A program made the position numbers and the translations under genes. Shown here piece after piece: positions 33,130 to 45,826 of a stretch of DNA of 64,000 bases. The DNA is from an uncultured delta proteobacterium (GTDB taxonomy: Bacteria > Desulfobacterota > Binatia > UBA9968), in NCBI GenBank assembly GCA_963728565.1, contig CAVSLC010000011.1, forward strand, positions 32,001 to 96,000, in the 5' to 3' direction. Position 1 is the stretch's first letter; every line of letters starts with the position of its first letter. The notes beneath the pieces are model-generated. The model was not told where the DNA came from and ran no database searches. It saw only the letters and a program-made list of their open reading frames with translations.

Positions 33130-34143
33130 ATGATCCAAAACACCATGCGAAAGCTGTTGATTGCCGCTGTCTTTTTCCTTGTTTGGTTTAAAGCCGGCGC
33201 AGCGCAACCGCAGACGAAAATCTATGTCGGCCTTTCCACGTTGAATTCTCGAGTGACTCCCTTGTGGATCGCCCAGGAACGGGGGTTCTTTGGAAAAAAT
33301 GGTCTCGAGGTGCTGCTGGTGCTGACTCGTGTGTCGCAACCAGCGATCGCCGCATTGCTGGCGGGAGAAATGCAGATGGTCTACGGCGGCTCGACCGCCG
33401 CACTCGGGGCTGTTTCCAGCGGCGCAGACCTCAAGGTAATCGCGGCATTGACGAATCGTCTGACCTACGACTTGGTTGCGAGACCTGGGATCAGTCGACC
33501 GGAGGAACTTCGCGGAAAGCGGCTTGGAGTCGGGAGTATCGGCGGCACCGTCTGGATGGGCGCCATGTTAGGTCTTGAGCACTTGGGTCTCGAGTCGTCG
33601 CGAGATCGGATCTCTATTCTAGTTGTTGGAGATCAGACGAACACTGGGCAAGCCCTTGAAGCAGGAAGCATCGATGCCGCCCTCTTAGATGGAGTGTTCA
33701 CCCACCGGCTCAGACACAAGGGGTTTCCCGTAATCGCCGAGTTTGCTGGCGCGAATATCCCTTTCGCCGGACAGGGAATCGTGACGTCCGGCTCATACCT
33801 CCTGAAACAACCCGTGGCAATCGAGAATTTCCTTAAGGGTTTGCTGGAAGGCATCGATTTTAGCTTGGCTCCCACCAACAAGGCGGCGGTGCTGAAAACA
33901 ATGACGGCGCGCCTTCGTCTTCCAGATGCTGCCAGCGCGGAGGTCGGTTATCAGGATCTGATTCGCGGCATCGAACCGAAACCGTATCCTTCGTTGGAGG
34001 GGCTGCGTAATCTTCAACGCCTGATGCGAGTCCACAATCCCAAAGTGGGAAGCATTAGAGTCGAAGAGTTGGTTGACGATAGGATTCTGCGAAGGATTAT
34101 CGAAGGCGGGTTTCTTGACACTGTTCGGAGTCCGAAGCGTTAG
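33130..34143 (+). CDS. NMT1/SsuA-type ABC substrate-binding protein
   Basis: PLWIAQERGFFGKNGLEV and LRGKRLGV motifs; signal peptide. Confidence 0.85.
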   Translation: MIQNTMRKLLIAAVFFLVWFKAGAAQPQTKIYVGLSTLNSRVTPLWIAQERGFFGKNGLEVLLVLTRVSQPAIAALLAGEMQMVYGGSTAALGAVSSGADLKVIAALTNRLTYDLVARPGISRPEELRGKRLGVGSIGGTVWMGAMLGLEHLGLESSRDRISILVVGDQTNTGQALEAGSIDAALLDGVFTHRLRHKGFPVIAEFAGANIPFAGQGIVTSGSYLLKQPVAIENFLKGLLEGIDFSLAPTNKAAVLKTMTARLRLPDAASAEVGYQDLIRGIEPKPYPSLEGLRNLQRLMRVHNPKVGSIRVEELVDDRILRRIIEGGFLDTVRSPKR

Positions 34144-34219
34144 ATAGGCAGCGACTCATTTGAGCATTAGGCGGCGGATGGGGTGCATTATGAAACCAAC
34201 GATAGAGAAAGGAGATGAA

Positions 34220-35238
34220 ATGGCTAACTACACTGTGATCGATGCCGATGGGCACGTGCGCGAATCCATCGCCGGCATGCGCGAGTTTCTGGAGCCGCGC
34301 TGGCAGCGGCGCAATTTATTTCCCAACGACGAGTGGGACCGCGATCTGCACGGCAAGTTGGGGCAAAAGCCTGAAGGGCCGGAAGATCAACTGGCCGCCA
34401 TGGACGAGGACGGCATCGACGTCATGGTGCTTTATCCAACGGCGGGCTTGCACGTGAGCGCGCTACACGAAAAGGATTACGCGACGGGAATCACGCGCGC
34501 CTACAACGACTGGCTGTTTCATTTCTGCAAGAAAGATTCGAGCCGGTTAAAGTTCGTCGCGCTGCTGGCGCCGCAAGACCCAACCGCGGCCGCCGAAGAG
34601 CTTACGCGCGCAGTGAAGGAACGCGGCGCGCTGGCCGGCGTGCTGCCGACTTACCTGCCGCAGATGCCCGACTTTGGCGATGGCTTTTACGATCCGATTT
34701 ACGCCGCGGCGCAACAGCTTGGCGTCGGCATCGGCTTTCACACCGGCACGTCGGCGGATTCGCTCGGCGGCCAGCGCTTTCGTAAGTTTCTCTCGGCGCA
34801 CACCATCGATCATCCGGCCGAACAGATGATGGCGCTGATCGCGACGATTGTCGGTGGCGTGTTCGAGCGCTTTCCCAAGACTGAGCATCGGCTATCTCGA
34901 ATCCGGCATCGGTTGGGTGCCGTACATGATGGACCGGCTCGACGAGGAAGTGGAAAAGCGCGGCGCCGTCGAAGCGCCGTATCTGACCAAACTGCCGAGT
35001 GAGTATGTGAAGAGCGGGCGGATATATTTCGGCGTCGAGTGCGAAGAGAAGACGATCCCCGACGCGATGCGCTGGGGATTGGAAGATACGATTCTCTATT
35101 CCTCCGACTATCCGCACTGGGATGGCGACTGGCCGCACACGGTCAAAGCGATTCGTGATCGAAAAGATCTCTCTGATGACTATGAAGCAGAAAATGCTGC
35201 ACGACAACGTCGCCCGGTTTTACAAATTTAACGAGTGA
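34220..35238 (+). CDS. Amidohydrolase family protein (frameshifts near 34880 and 35180)
   Basis: IDADGH, YLESGIGWVP and SSDYPHWD motifs. Confidence 0.88.
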
Positions 35239-35371
35239 TGCTGGGAGAGGAAACGCCGCAGCCTGAACGAATGCGTTCAATGGTGCACGGCTCAACAAAA
35301 CTCGAATTCTGAAGTGCTATTAAGTTTCCGTACTACTGTCGACAAAGAATGGAAGAGAAGGAGAGCTGTAC

Positions 35372-36379
35372 ATGCCTGAGTGGAAGATGATCGATGCCGA
35401 CGGGCACATCCGTGAAGTCGAAAGTGAGGTCTTTGAGTACTTGCCGGACCATTACAAGCAACGCCGCGAGGCACTGCTTTACTTTCCTCTGTTGCCGCAT
35501 CACGGCTGGCATCGTCAGGCGGGCCGCCGGTCCGGCACCGGATCGTCATTCCTGATTCCTTCGCTGCAGGATTGGCGTACGGCTTTAGAACAGGGGAATA
35601 TCGAGGCGGCAGTAGTTTATCCGACACGCTTCATGCATATCGGACAGGTGGGCATCACCGAATTCGCTGTCGAACTGAGCCGCGCTTACAACGACTATCT
35701 TTATGAACGTTTTTTGCGTGATGAACCCCGCTTGAAGGGGGTTGCCGTTCTGCCTCTGCAGGATATTGATGCGGCGGTCACGGAACTGCGGCGGGCGGTT
35801 AGAAACTATGGCATGGTGGGCGGGGTGCTTCCGGCGGACGGATTGCCGCGGCCATTAGGTCATCCGGAGTTTCACCCGCTGTACGAAGAGGCCAACCGGC
35901 TGGGCTGCATGTTGGCGGTTCACTCACAAAATTCGCTGCGCAACAACGATCTCTTTCTATGGCGCGATGAAGCCGCGACACTGGCCCATGTCTGGCCGCA
36001 GATGCGCCAGTTCACCAATTTGATGTTCTCGGGCGTGATAGGAAAATACCCCGACCTGCGCATCGCGTTTTTGGAGGCAGGTTGCGGCTGGGTACCGTAT
36101 CTGATCAGCAAGATGGAAGGGCGGCTGGGCGAGCTGCCGCGGCCATTGAAACTGATCGAACGCGGGCAAGTTTACTTTCAGTGCGGCGAAGAGATGACCA
36201 CTGGCCGCGACTTAGAACTGCTCGGCGATCAGTGTCTTTTCTGGGCTTCCGATTTTCCTCACGAAGGAATCGTCGACATGAGCAAGGCAGTCCAGGAATT
36301 CCTCTCGCGCGACGATATACCCGCCTCATCCAAGAAAAAAATCGGCTACGACAACGCCAAAAAATTGTATGGTCTATAA
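35372..36379 (+). CDS. Amidohydrolase family protein
   Basis: IDADGH, FLEAGCGWVP and ASDFPHE motifs. Confidence 0.9.
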   Translation: MPEWKMIDADGHIREVESEVFEYLPDHYKQRREALLYFPLLPHHGWHRQAGRRSGTGSSFLIPSLQDWRTALEQGNIEAAVVYPTRFMHIGQVGITEFAVELSRAYNDYLYERFLRDEPRLKGVAVLPLQDIDAAVTELRRAVRNYGMVGGVLPADGLPRPLGHPEFHPLYEEANRLGCMLAVHSQNSLRNNDLFLWRDEAATLAHVWPQMRQFTNLMFSGVIGKYPDLRIAFLEAGCGWVPYLISKMEGRLGELPRPLKLIERGQVYFQCGEEMTTGRDLELLGDQCLFWASDFPHEGIVDMSKAVQEFLSRDDIPASSKKKIGYDNAKKLYGL

Positions 36380-36701
36380 ATGCGGCCAGTGGCTGGTTAA
36401 GAGCGTCGATCGTCATCAGACATACTCGTAAGGGACTGTTAACCGAAATAGATTAACCTCGCTGTATCGCAACTTGATGCTGCGTCTTATATCGTCGCTC
36501 CACGGGCTATCGATGTCGTTCCATTTCCTGCGAACTAACTTGACTAAGCTGAGCGAAAATATTACGCGAAGCGTTAGGAATTCACGCCTTCGTTTCCACC
36601 CACGCCTACTTCTACGGCGTTTTTGCAATGTCACTGAACGCAGCGTTCCGCTAGGTCAGAGTGAAGATAGTTAATCCATAACCAAGATCGGAGGTCAGCC
36701 T

Positions 36702-38088
36702 ATGGCCATGCAATCACAAGAAGCGTTAACAAAGCTCAGCGGCGCGATCAAAGGCAGGGTGCTAGGCCCTGATGATTCCGGCTATGACGAGGCGCGCCAA
36801 ATTTGGAATGCCATGATCGACCGTCGTCCAGCCGTTATCGTGCAGCCGGCAAATGGCGACGACGTTGCGCCGGCCATCAAATTTGCGCGGGAGAACGCGC
36901 TGGAGATTTCCATTCGCGGCGCCGGACATAACATCGCCGGCAACGCCATCTGCAATGGCGGCCTAACCATCGATTTCTCACAGATGAAGCAGGTCCGAGT
37001 GGATGCCGCGAAGAAACGCGCCTACGTCGATGCCGGCGCAACGCTCGGTGATCTGGACGCCGCGACACAGCGGCACGCTTTGGCGACGCCGGTGGGCATC
37101 AACTCGACAACCGGGATTGCCGGGTTGACTCTCGGTGGCGGGTTCGGCTGGCTGACTCGGAAACACGGCATGACCATAGACAATCTGGTTTCGACTGACG
37201 TGATAACTGCCGATGGTAAAAAGCTACGCGCAAGCGAGCAGGACAACCCGGAGCTTTTCTGGGCCTTGCGCGGCGGCGGCGGGAATTTCGGTGTCGTTAC
37301 CCAGTTCGAGTTTGCCCTTCATCCGGTGGGTCCTGAAATCCTCGCCGGCTTGCTCGTATTCCCCTTTGCGCAGGCAAAGCAGGTCCTGACCCGGTATCGT
37401 CAATTTGCTAATACGGCGCCCGAGGATCTCAGCGTCTGGGTTGTGCTCCGTCAGGCGCCGCCGCTACCTTTTCTTCCGCAAGATGTTCATGGCAAGGAGG
37501 TTATCGTTCTGCCGATCTTTTACGCAGGGGGTGCGGCTGCGGAAGGCCGCAGGCTGATCGACGAGCTTCGTTCTTTCGGAAATCCCCACGGCGAGCATGT
37601 CGGCGCCCAGCCCTATGTCAGAATGGCAGAAGGCTTTCGATCCTCTGCTCACTGCCGGCGCCAGAAATTATTGGAAATCTCATAATTTCACCGAGCTCAG
37701 CGACGGCGCCATCGATTCGATCATCGAGTACGCCGGCAAACTGCCCTCTCCTCAATGCGAGATCTTCATCGGTCATATCGCCGGCGCTGCCAATCGCGTG
37801 CCTTCCGAGGCTATGGCCTATGCGCACCGAGACGCCAAGTTTGTCTTGAATGTGCATGGCCGCTGGGAAAGCGCAGCAGAGGATCGGATCTGCATCGACT
37901 GGGCACGTGCTTTCTTTAAAGCGAGCGCGCCTTACGCTTCCGCCGGCGCTTACGTTAATTTTATGACTGAGGATGAGGGCGAGCGAGTGACCGCTGCTTA
38001 CGGGCCAAACTATGATCGTCTGGCTCAATTAAAAAAACGCTTCGATCCCGACAATGTTTTTCATTTGAATCACAATATCAAACCATAA
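36702..38088 (+). CDS. FAD-binding oxidoreductase (BBE-like), frameshift near 37620
   Basis: RGAGHN, GLTLGGGFG, WALRGGGGNFGVVT, YVNF and FDPDNVF motifs. Confidence 0.9.
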
Positions 38089-38186
38089 AACACCGCGCCG
38101 CGGTCGACTCTAAATGTTTAGGCGGTCGGCCGCTAACGAGGCGCGCGGTCAAAATACAACTGGAGGTTTCGGTACGAAGCGGCTAT

Positions 38187-38345
38187 TCACTCACAATCTG
38201 GATGGCCGCACTCGCAGTCTTCCAGACTGGCGCCTTCGCTGGCCGCGCAGAACTCGCTGCAGTAATTTTTTCCGCCTTTGGATACGCCTGCGCCGGACTC
38301 GATTTCGCAATCGCAATCAGGATGAGCACAAGATTCTTCAGCCAT
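38187..38345 (-). CDS. Bacterial metallothionein (52 aa, absent from the ORF track)
   Basis: GGAGG RBS; MAEESCAHPDCDCEIESGAGVSKGGKNYCSEFCAASEGASLEDCECGHPDCE*; 8 Cys, 2 His, YCSxxC motif. Confidence 0.87.
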   Translation of the reverse strand: MAEESCAHPDCDCEIESGAGVSKGGKNYCSEFCAASEGASLEDCECGHPDCE

Positions 38346-38373
38346 GAGTAATTACCTCCGCATTCCGTAAGAG

Positions 38374-38388
38374 GCAGTTAACGTGCCA
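38374..38388 (-). promoter_or_regulatory. Putative sigma54 -24/-12 promoter of the metallothionein
   Basis: TGGCACGTTAACTGC (GG-N10-GC) ~28 bp upstream of the ATG. Confidence 0.65.
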
Positions 38389-38758
38389 CTCCGTCTACGA
38401 CGAGCACGGCGCGGGTTTGTCCCGATTTTTAGAGAATCCGGATGGTTTCGATCGCGATAGGTGTGTTCTTTTCAGCACAGAATGCAGCCAGCGCATGATT
38501 GAACCCTGCTCAAGGCGATCACCCTGTTTCATTACTTGTGCATTTGCAATGCGGTGGTTGACGACGTCGGCTCCATAGGTGATTGACTAAAGCTCCTGCT
38601 AAAAGGAAGGACGAAGCTTTCGAGGCCCCATGGCTTTGATTCGCCGGGAAGACGAGAAAGCGGCAGAGCTATACGCGTCCGCTACATACCGCTCAACATT
38701 TGCTTGGTTTTATGTTAGGAAATGCGCCAGCAAAATCTCCGCTCGAAAGGAATCGATA

Positions 38759-39343
38759 ATGTCTCGCGCTGCTAAACTCTGGATAGCTCTTTCGGTCGTT
38801 GTCCCGCTTTGCGTCAGTTGTGCGAAGCAGGAGATCACATTGGATAGCTCCGTCGAGCGTGGCAAATATCTGGTCACCTTGGGTGGTTGTCATGATTGCC
38901 ATACGCCGAAGATTCAGGGTCCTAACGGCGTGCCGATACTTGACGAAACCAAACTACTTTCCGGCCACCCAGAAAACCTGCCGCCGCCGTCGTGGTCGCC
39001 CAAAGACCTGAAGGAGAAGGGTGTCGCCGCGGCGGCCAATCCCTCTTTGACTGCGTGGGCGGGCCCGTGGGGCGTGAGCTTCGCGATGAATTTAACCCCC
39101 GACAAAGAAACCGGTATTGCCGAATGGAGTGAGCAAATGTTCATACAGGTGGCTCGGACCGGCAAGCATCAGGGACAACCCAACGGGCGCGACATCCTGC
39201 CGCCGATGCCATGGTTCAACTTGAAAGATGTAAAGGATGCCGATCTCAAAGCAATGTGGGCGTATCTCAGAAGCATCCCTCCGGTGAAAAATAACGTCCC
39301 ATTGCCATTGCTGCCGAGCGTCTCACAAGAGAGCGCCAATTAA
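38759..39343 (+). CDS. c-type cytochrome, probable lipoprotein
   Basis: VSC lipobox-like signal; RGKYLV..CHDCHTP heme motif; NLTPD.ETG and PPMPW. Confidence 0.87.
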   Translation: MSRAAKLWIALSVVVPLCVSCAKQEITLDSSVERGKYLVTLGGCHDCHTPKIQGPNGVPILDETKLLSGHPENLPPPSWSPKDLKEKGVAAAANPSLTAWAGPWGVSFAMNLTPDKETGIAEWSEQMFIQVARTGKHQGQPNGRDILPPMPWFNLKDVKDADLKAMWAYLRSIPPVKNNVPLPLLPSVSQESAN

Positions 39344-39513
39344 CAATGCCTGGTCCGGCGAGAATCGATTGAGCAGCTTTCACAGCTAACGAGGCGCAGT
39401 GTTACGAACGAAAGCTCTGCGCGTCGCAGATGACCCGATTCTCTCCGGCACGCTGACCCGGCATCGGTGATAGTTCCCAGCTTGGATATTTGCCAGAGAG
39501 GATGGACTTCATC

Positions 39514-40919
<1,406 letters not shown>

Positions 40920-41214
40920 TTATTTTTAGCTAACTAAAAAGCGCGCAGGATTCTACTGCGCGGCGCAACGATGGGGGCGGATTGAGCATTGATTTCTTCT
41001 GATGGGGAAAGGGATGGACATCGAAGCAGGCGAATCCCCGCGAGCTGCAACAGTTCCAATGGGCGATCGACAGGAAGGATTGTTAGGCGGAAGCCCGGCT
41101 TATAAATGCCGAGCGCATTCCGAAGATCGTCTGAGATAAAAGCCTTATCACAGTTTCGAATTGGAATAGTGGATCAGGCATTCGGATCCAATACTGCCAT
41201 TGGTTTTTTGCGCG

Positions 41215-41859
41215 CTAGTTGGCCGAGGCGCGCACGGTAATCTGCGAGGCGACGATGGCGCCGTCCTCCGCTCGAGGGCCGCTGGCCGACACAGTGCTCC
41301 CGGGTGTAAGCAGGCGGCGGTCGCCGACAACGCGCTTGACAACCGGAGTGTCCGCCGGCACGAGTACTTTGATCTCTCCGCCCTTGTACTTCAGCGTTAC
41401 CATCCGGCCTTTTACGTCTTGTACCGCCACGTCCTCGACAGTTTCAACGTTGGCGTTGGTCATGGTCGAGCCGCTCTGCGGCGCCGAAGTTAACGGCCTG
41501 TGGCCTTCTCCGGTGCCGCGCTGGTCCTCGGAAAAAATGTGCAAGCGGCTGGCGCGGAAAGTGCCATCCGGCTGCTTTTCGGCGGTGGCTCCGACATACA
41601 TGCCGGAGCTGATATCGGAGAACTTCACCGGCACTTCGCCCCGAATAATCGTGCTGCCGCCAAGCTTCACGACAACCGGACCGCTATTGGTCATCACGGA
41701 CATATCTGAACCTGTGATCGACGATAGGGTGCCATTCACCGAGATAGTGTTCCCGCCCGCGCCGGTTTGAGCCTGAACGCTACCGCCCACCAGCGCCAGA
41801 CCGATCCCTGCTGCCATCGACAAACGGCGAATATAACTCCCTTGACAGAATCTTTTCAT
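41215..41859 (-). CDS. Secreted DUF5666-like OB-fold protein
   Basis: Signal peptide; GTGEGHRP..STMTNANV and YKGGEIKVLVP motifs. Confidence 0.65.
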   Translation of the reverse strand: MKRFCQGSYIRRLSMAAGIGLALVGGSVQAQTGAGGNTISVNGTLSSITGSDMSVMTNSGPVVVKLGGSTIIRGEVPVKFSDISSGMYVGATAEKQPDGTFRASRLHIFSEDQRGTGEGHRPLTSAPQSGSTMTNANVETVEDVAVQDVKGRMVTLKYKGGEIKVLVPADTPVVKRVVGDRRLLTPGSTVSASGPRAEDGAIVASQITVRASAN

Positions 41860-41972
41860 CGCTTTTCCTTTCAACTTATCGCGTTGCATTCTCCAATACC
41901 GTCAGAATCTTCTAACTGCCGCGCAATATTGCACTTAGATAATTGCGTGGGTGATCAGGATCTCGAGGCTGT

Positions 41973-42308
41973 TCATTCTTTTAGGCTTGCCGCGCTTCGA
42001 TCAGTAGATCGCTCGCGGTTCGCTGATTCGGTTTTGCTACGTTCCTCGGCAAAATACCGGGCCCATCGCACCAGCCGTATGCAGGCTGCGGTAAAGCCAA
42101 GGGTTGTCAGTGCCATCATGATCCACGGAGAAGTATCGAAATAATTATCAAGCAGGTAGCCGATGAATAATCCGCCGATAATACTTCCGGGAAGCTCCAG
42201 AGCCATAGCTACAAGGATTCCGGCTTTGCGGCTAACGATGGGATACTTTATCCCGCCAGGTTTTTTGTCCTGGCTGCGCGGGTATAGCCGTTTGTTCGGA
42301 GCAGCCAT
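41973..42308 (-). CDS. AtpZ/AtpI (ATPase gene 1) family membrane protein
   Basis: ALELPGSIIGGLFIGYLLDNYFDTSPW motif. Confidence 0.75.
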   Translation of the reverse strand: MAAPNKRLYPRSQDKKPGGIKYPIVSRKAGILVAMALELPGSIIGGLFIGYLLDNYFDTSPWIMMALTTLGFTAACIRLVRWARYFAEERSKTESANRERSTDRSAASLKE

Positions 42309-42805
42309 GATTGAACCGAGATTAACAGATATCGCTGTCGTCAGGAATAAGCCAGGCACACGAGATGTGACAAGCCTGATCCTGTTTAGGCTTGTTAGAC
42401 TAGCCCGGTAAACTCTAGTGACTCCGAACATCGAAGCTTAATCCCGGCTGAAATATATCCGGCGAACTCTCGATCGGGATTATCGGGTATATTTGAGGCC
42501 GAATATCCTTGGCGCAACTCCGCTCCAACCTCGGTCAACCAATACACCACAATTATTTCTGAAATGTCAGAGATGGACGTTGACATCGTCCCCCACACCA
42601 CGTAGTGTGAGTCATCTTCTTCAGTCTATGGCCTTCTGGGGAAAGCACAAATTTGAAGGCCTCTTCCAGTCTCTATCCTTGCGAAGCTCTCTTTAAATGA
42701 TTTCCGATCAGGGCGTGGTTTAAATATTTCGTTAGTCCATGTTCTCCCATTTGCAGTCGGATTCTCAGGGTCAAAGACAATAACAGTCTCTCATAGGAGG
42801 AGAAC

Positions 42806-43123
42806 ATGGGTAGTAAACTATATGTAGGTGGGTTGCCTTATTCCGTGACGGAAGGGCGTTTACAGGAAGTTTTCTCGATACACGGTACGGTTGAATCGGC
42901 TAACGTAATTGCCGATAAAATGACCGGTCAGTCTCGCGGCTTCGGCTTTGTTGAGATGAGCTCGGGCAGCGAGGCCCAAAGCGCCATCTCGGCGCTAAAC
43001 GGCACACAACTCGACGGCCGCACTCTGACCGTCAATGAGGCCAAGCCAATGGCCAAGCGCGATAACTTCGGTGACGGCGGAGGCCGGGGTGACCGGAATG
43101 GCGGCGGACGTAATCGCTGGTAG
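42806..43123 (+). CDS. RRM-domain RNA-binding protein with Gly-rich tail
   Basis: KLYVGGL (RNP2), RGFGFVEM (RNP1) and VNEAKP; AGGAGG RBS. Confidence 0.95.
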   Translation: MGSKLYVGGLPYSVTEGRLQEVFSIHGTVESANVIADKMTGQSRGFGFVEMSSGSEAQSAISALNGTQLDGRTLTVNEAKPMAKRDNFGDGGGRGDRNGGGRNRW

Positions 43124-43148
43124 TCCTTAGTCGACACAAGTAACACAG

Positions 43149-43190
43149 AAGAGGGGAGCAACAGATCGGGTTGCTCCCCTCTTTTTGTTT
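43149..43190 (+). terminator. Rho-independent terminator
   Basis: AGAGGGGAGCAAC-loop-GTTGCTCCCCTCT stem followed by a T-rich tract. Confidence 0.9.
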
Positions 43191-43252
43191 AACGCATGGT
43201 CGGACCTAAAGTAGGCTCGCCCGACAAGCTTCAAACTGTTAATTTGAGATCT

Positions 43253-43913
43253 ATGCTCGAAGAGTGGTTGAACCCGATGAAGGTCAGTTTGTTTGCGCGG
43301 GAGTATCTGCGCGCACAACCTTACGCGAGTCCGTCATCCGCTCGTCGTGTGATGCTCGATTTTTGGATGGGATACCCTCGACCAACTGTTAACCCGTAAT
43401 CCGCCTGACGTTTTGGTTGTGGCCCGGGGTAAGCTGTTAGAGCTACCTATACCCAGGAGGTTAGGCGAGGCACTCGACCTTCTCACCAGCGGAGTTGGGC
43501 TGGTGATTCGTCGTGCGGAGAAACTTGATCCTGGGATTGCCGGACTTGCCGCATCCCTGACGCAGCATATTCCGGGTGAAGTGCATGTTCAATTGATTGT
43601 TACACCCGGCGGCACTTATGGCTTTGGCTGGCATTATGACGACGAAGACGTCTTCATCGTACAGACCGAAGGCGCAAAGGATTACTTTTTTCGCGACAAC
43701 ACGGTTGAGCGTGAACGGCCACCGGGTACGGCGCCCGATTTCAGTCGATTCTGCGATGAAGTCTCGCCGATCGGCACGGCTCGGCTGCTGGCCGGTGATT
43801 GGTTATACATTCCCGCGCGCTGGTGGCATGCGGCAAAATGCATCGAGGATTCACTTTCGATTTCTCTCGGCATTTTTCCCAAGCCGCTCTGGCTCAGTAG
43901 AATCGATAAATGA
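43253..43913 (+). CDS. JmjC/cupin-4 family protein (frameshift near 43365)
   Basis: FGWHYDDEDVFIVQ (HxD) and GDWLYIPARWWH motifs. Confidence 0.8.
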
Positions 43914-44025
43914 GAGCAGTGATTGTGGAGGGACAGTCCTATACTGCGTGGCGCTCTGAAGAGCAGCACCAGCCGCTTTATATGACTGGATCGGTGCTTA
44001 GGCCCGGATGGAAACAGGATTGTTA

Positions 44026-44235
44026 CTAAATGGGATCGCGCCGGCTGATGAGGAGAAGCTGAGGCCGGCCGATACGCGGTGGAGGAACAGAGACATCATA
44101 GCCGCGTCGCCGGAGATTTCGTGCCCTTTGAGACGCTAACATCCAGCTTTGAAAGGAGGTGCGTGCTAAATTCTCCCGCAGCTGGTTCAAATTCTTCTTC
44201 TTGACCAGCGTGTGTTTGTCCTTGTTTTGCTTCAA
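44026..44235 (-). CDS. Small basic hypothetical protein
   Basis: GAAGG RBS, TTG start; no recognised domain. Confidence 0.35.
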   Translation of the reverse strand: MKQNKDKHTLVKKKNLNQLRENLARTSFQSWMLASQRARNLRRRGYDVSVPPPRIGRPQLLLISRRDPI

Positions 44236-44659
44236 GTTAGTCCTTCCATCCGACCGCTGCGAAGATTGTCTTAGTTACTGTAAGCGGCCAGATTTGTCAA
44301 ATACTTTGACCATCTTGTTTGTACTTTTCGCAAACCCCCCGCTTGAATACGGGTGCGTTGCCTACCGGTCTAGCTTGCGCCGGCGATTTCTAATTTACAC
44401 ACGTGCGCCTAAGAGGGTACGGCTTGCGTCTGGCTGCCCGGCTCAGCCGAATTATAATGCTATGTCTGGAGCGACAAAGCCATTTCGGTAGTTTTGATTC
44501 CCTTCAGTTGACACGACAATCCTGAATCGAATAACCTTTGGCCGCTCGGGCAGAAAAAATTCCCGATTGTACCTCGTGATTAGGATACGAAAGAGGATAA
44601 GGGTGAATCGAAGTATTTTGGCGGGCAGGATCTAAATCTGGATTGGCGGGGATTGAACC

Positions 44660-45688
44660 ATGAAAAGCTTTGTTATCGGCTTCTTGTTTCTGATTTTTGG
44701 TGCTGCCAGCCTCCACGCGCAGGCTCCTTTTTACGAGGGCAAGACTATCAGAATTATCGTCGGGCTGCCCGCTGGCGACGTCTATGACCTCTACGCCCGC
44801 ATGCTAGCCGAGCATATGGGGAAGCATATCCCTGGTAACCCCAACATCATCGTGCAAAACATGGCTGGCGCATCGAGCATGATTACGGCGAATTACGTCT
44901 ACAACGTTGCCAAACCGGACGGTTTGACGTTTGGATCGATTCTGCCTTCGCTTTATTTCGATCAGCTCGTTGGACGATCGGAAGTAAAATTTGACTGGCC
45001 CAAGTTCACCTGGTTGGGGAGCTTCGAGAAGTCAAATAACTTGCTCTATATGCGCAGCGATACGCCGTTCAAAACGATTCACGACGTGACCAAGACCAAT
45101 GAGTCTCCTAAATGCGGCTCCACCGGCACAGGCTCGCCATCCTACTATCTAGTAAAACTTATGAATGAAAGCATCGGCGCGAAGTTTGAAATAGTTACCG
45201 GATATAAAGGAGGACAGGAAATCGACCTGGCGGTGGAAAAAGGCGAAGTGGATTGCCGCGCTTTTACCGTCACGACGTACTTTGCGCGCGAGCCTTTCAT
45301 CAGCTGGCGTAAAAAGAATTTTGTGCGGGTTTTGTTTCAGACCGGCAAGACCCGGGATCCTCGCTTGCCCGAGGTGCCCACCGTTCAAGAGCTCATCGAA
45401 CAATACAAGACTCCGGAAGGGACCAAACGCATGGCAGCATTGGTGTTAGCGTCCGGAGAATTTGGCCGGCCCATCATAGCCACACCCGGCATCCCGGCAG
45501 ATCGTGTGAAGATGCTCCGAGATGCGTTTAGCAAAACTCTCAGCGATCCAGCGTTGTTGGCGGATGCTAAAAAGAGGAGGCTGGATATAGATCCGACCAG
45601 CGCGGAGGACCTCGAATCTCTGGCCAAGGAGGTTTTCACCGCCAATCGGGAGTTGATTGAGCGGATGAAAACATTGCTCAGCAAGTGA
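44660..45688 (+). CDS. TctC/Bug substrate-binding protein
   Basis: FYEGKTIRIIVG, HIPGNPNIIVQNM, AKPDGLT and GYKGG motifs. Confidence 0.9.
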   Translation: MKSFVIGFLFLIFGAASLHAQAPFYEGKTIRIIVGLPAGDVYDLYARMLAEHMGKHIPGNPNIIVQNMAGASSMITANYVYNVAKPDGLTFGSILPSLYFDQLVGRSEVKFDWPKFTWLGSFEKSNNLLYMRSDTPFKTIHDVTKTNESPKCGSTGTGSPSYYLVKLMNESIGAKFEIVTGYKGGQEIDLAVEKGEVDCRAFTVTTYFAREPFISWRKKNFVRVLFQTGKTRDPRLPEVPTVQELIEQYKTPEGTKRMAALVLASGEFGRPIIATPGIPADRVKMLRDAFSKTLSDPALLADAKKRRLDIDPTSAEDLESLAKEVFTANRELIERMKTLLSK

Positions 45689-45826
45689 AGAGTCTAAGGT
45701 GAGCCGGAGAAACCCGTGTTCGTGCTCGTGAAATGAACTCGTAGGAACAGAGAGCGGTTGGTCGCGCGGGGAGCTTTGTGTTTCTTGGACGCATATCGAC
45801 ATAGCCGAGGAGGATCATGATTTGCT

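Noticed and set aside
36416-36634. 72-aa Arg-rich minus-strand ORF
   Set aside because: No clear RBS or recognisable domain; probably spurious
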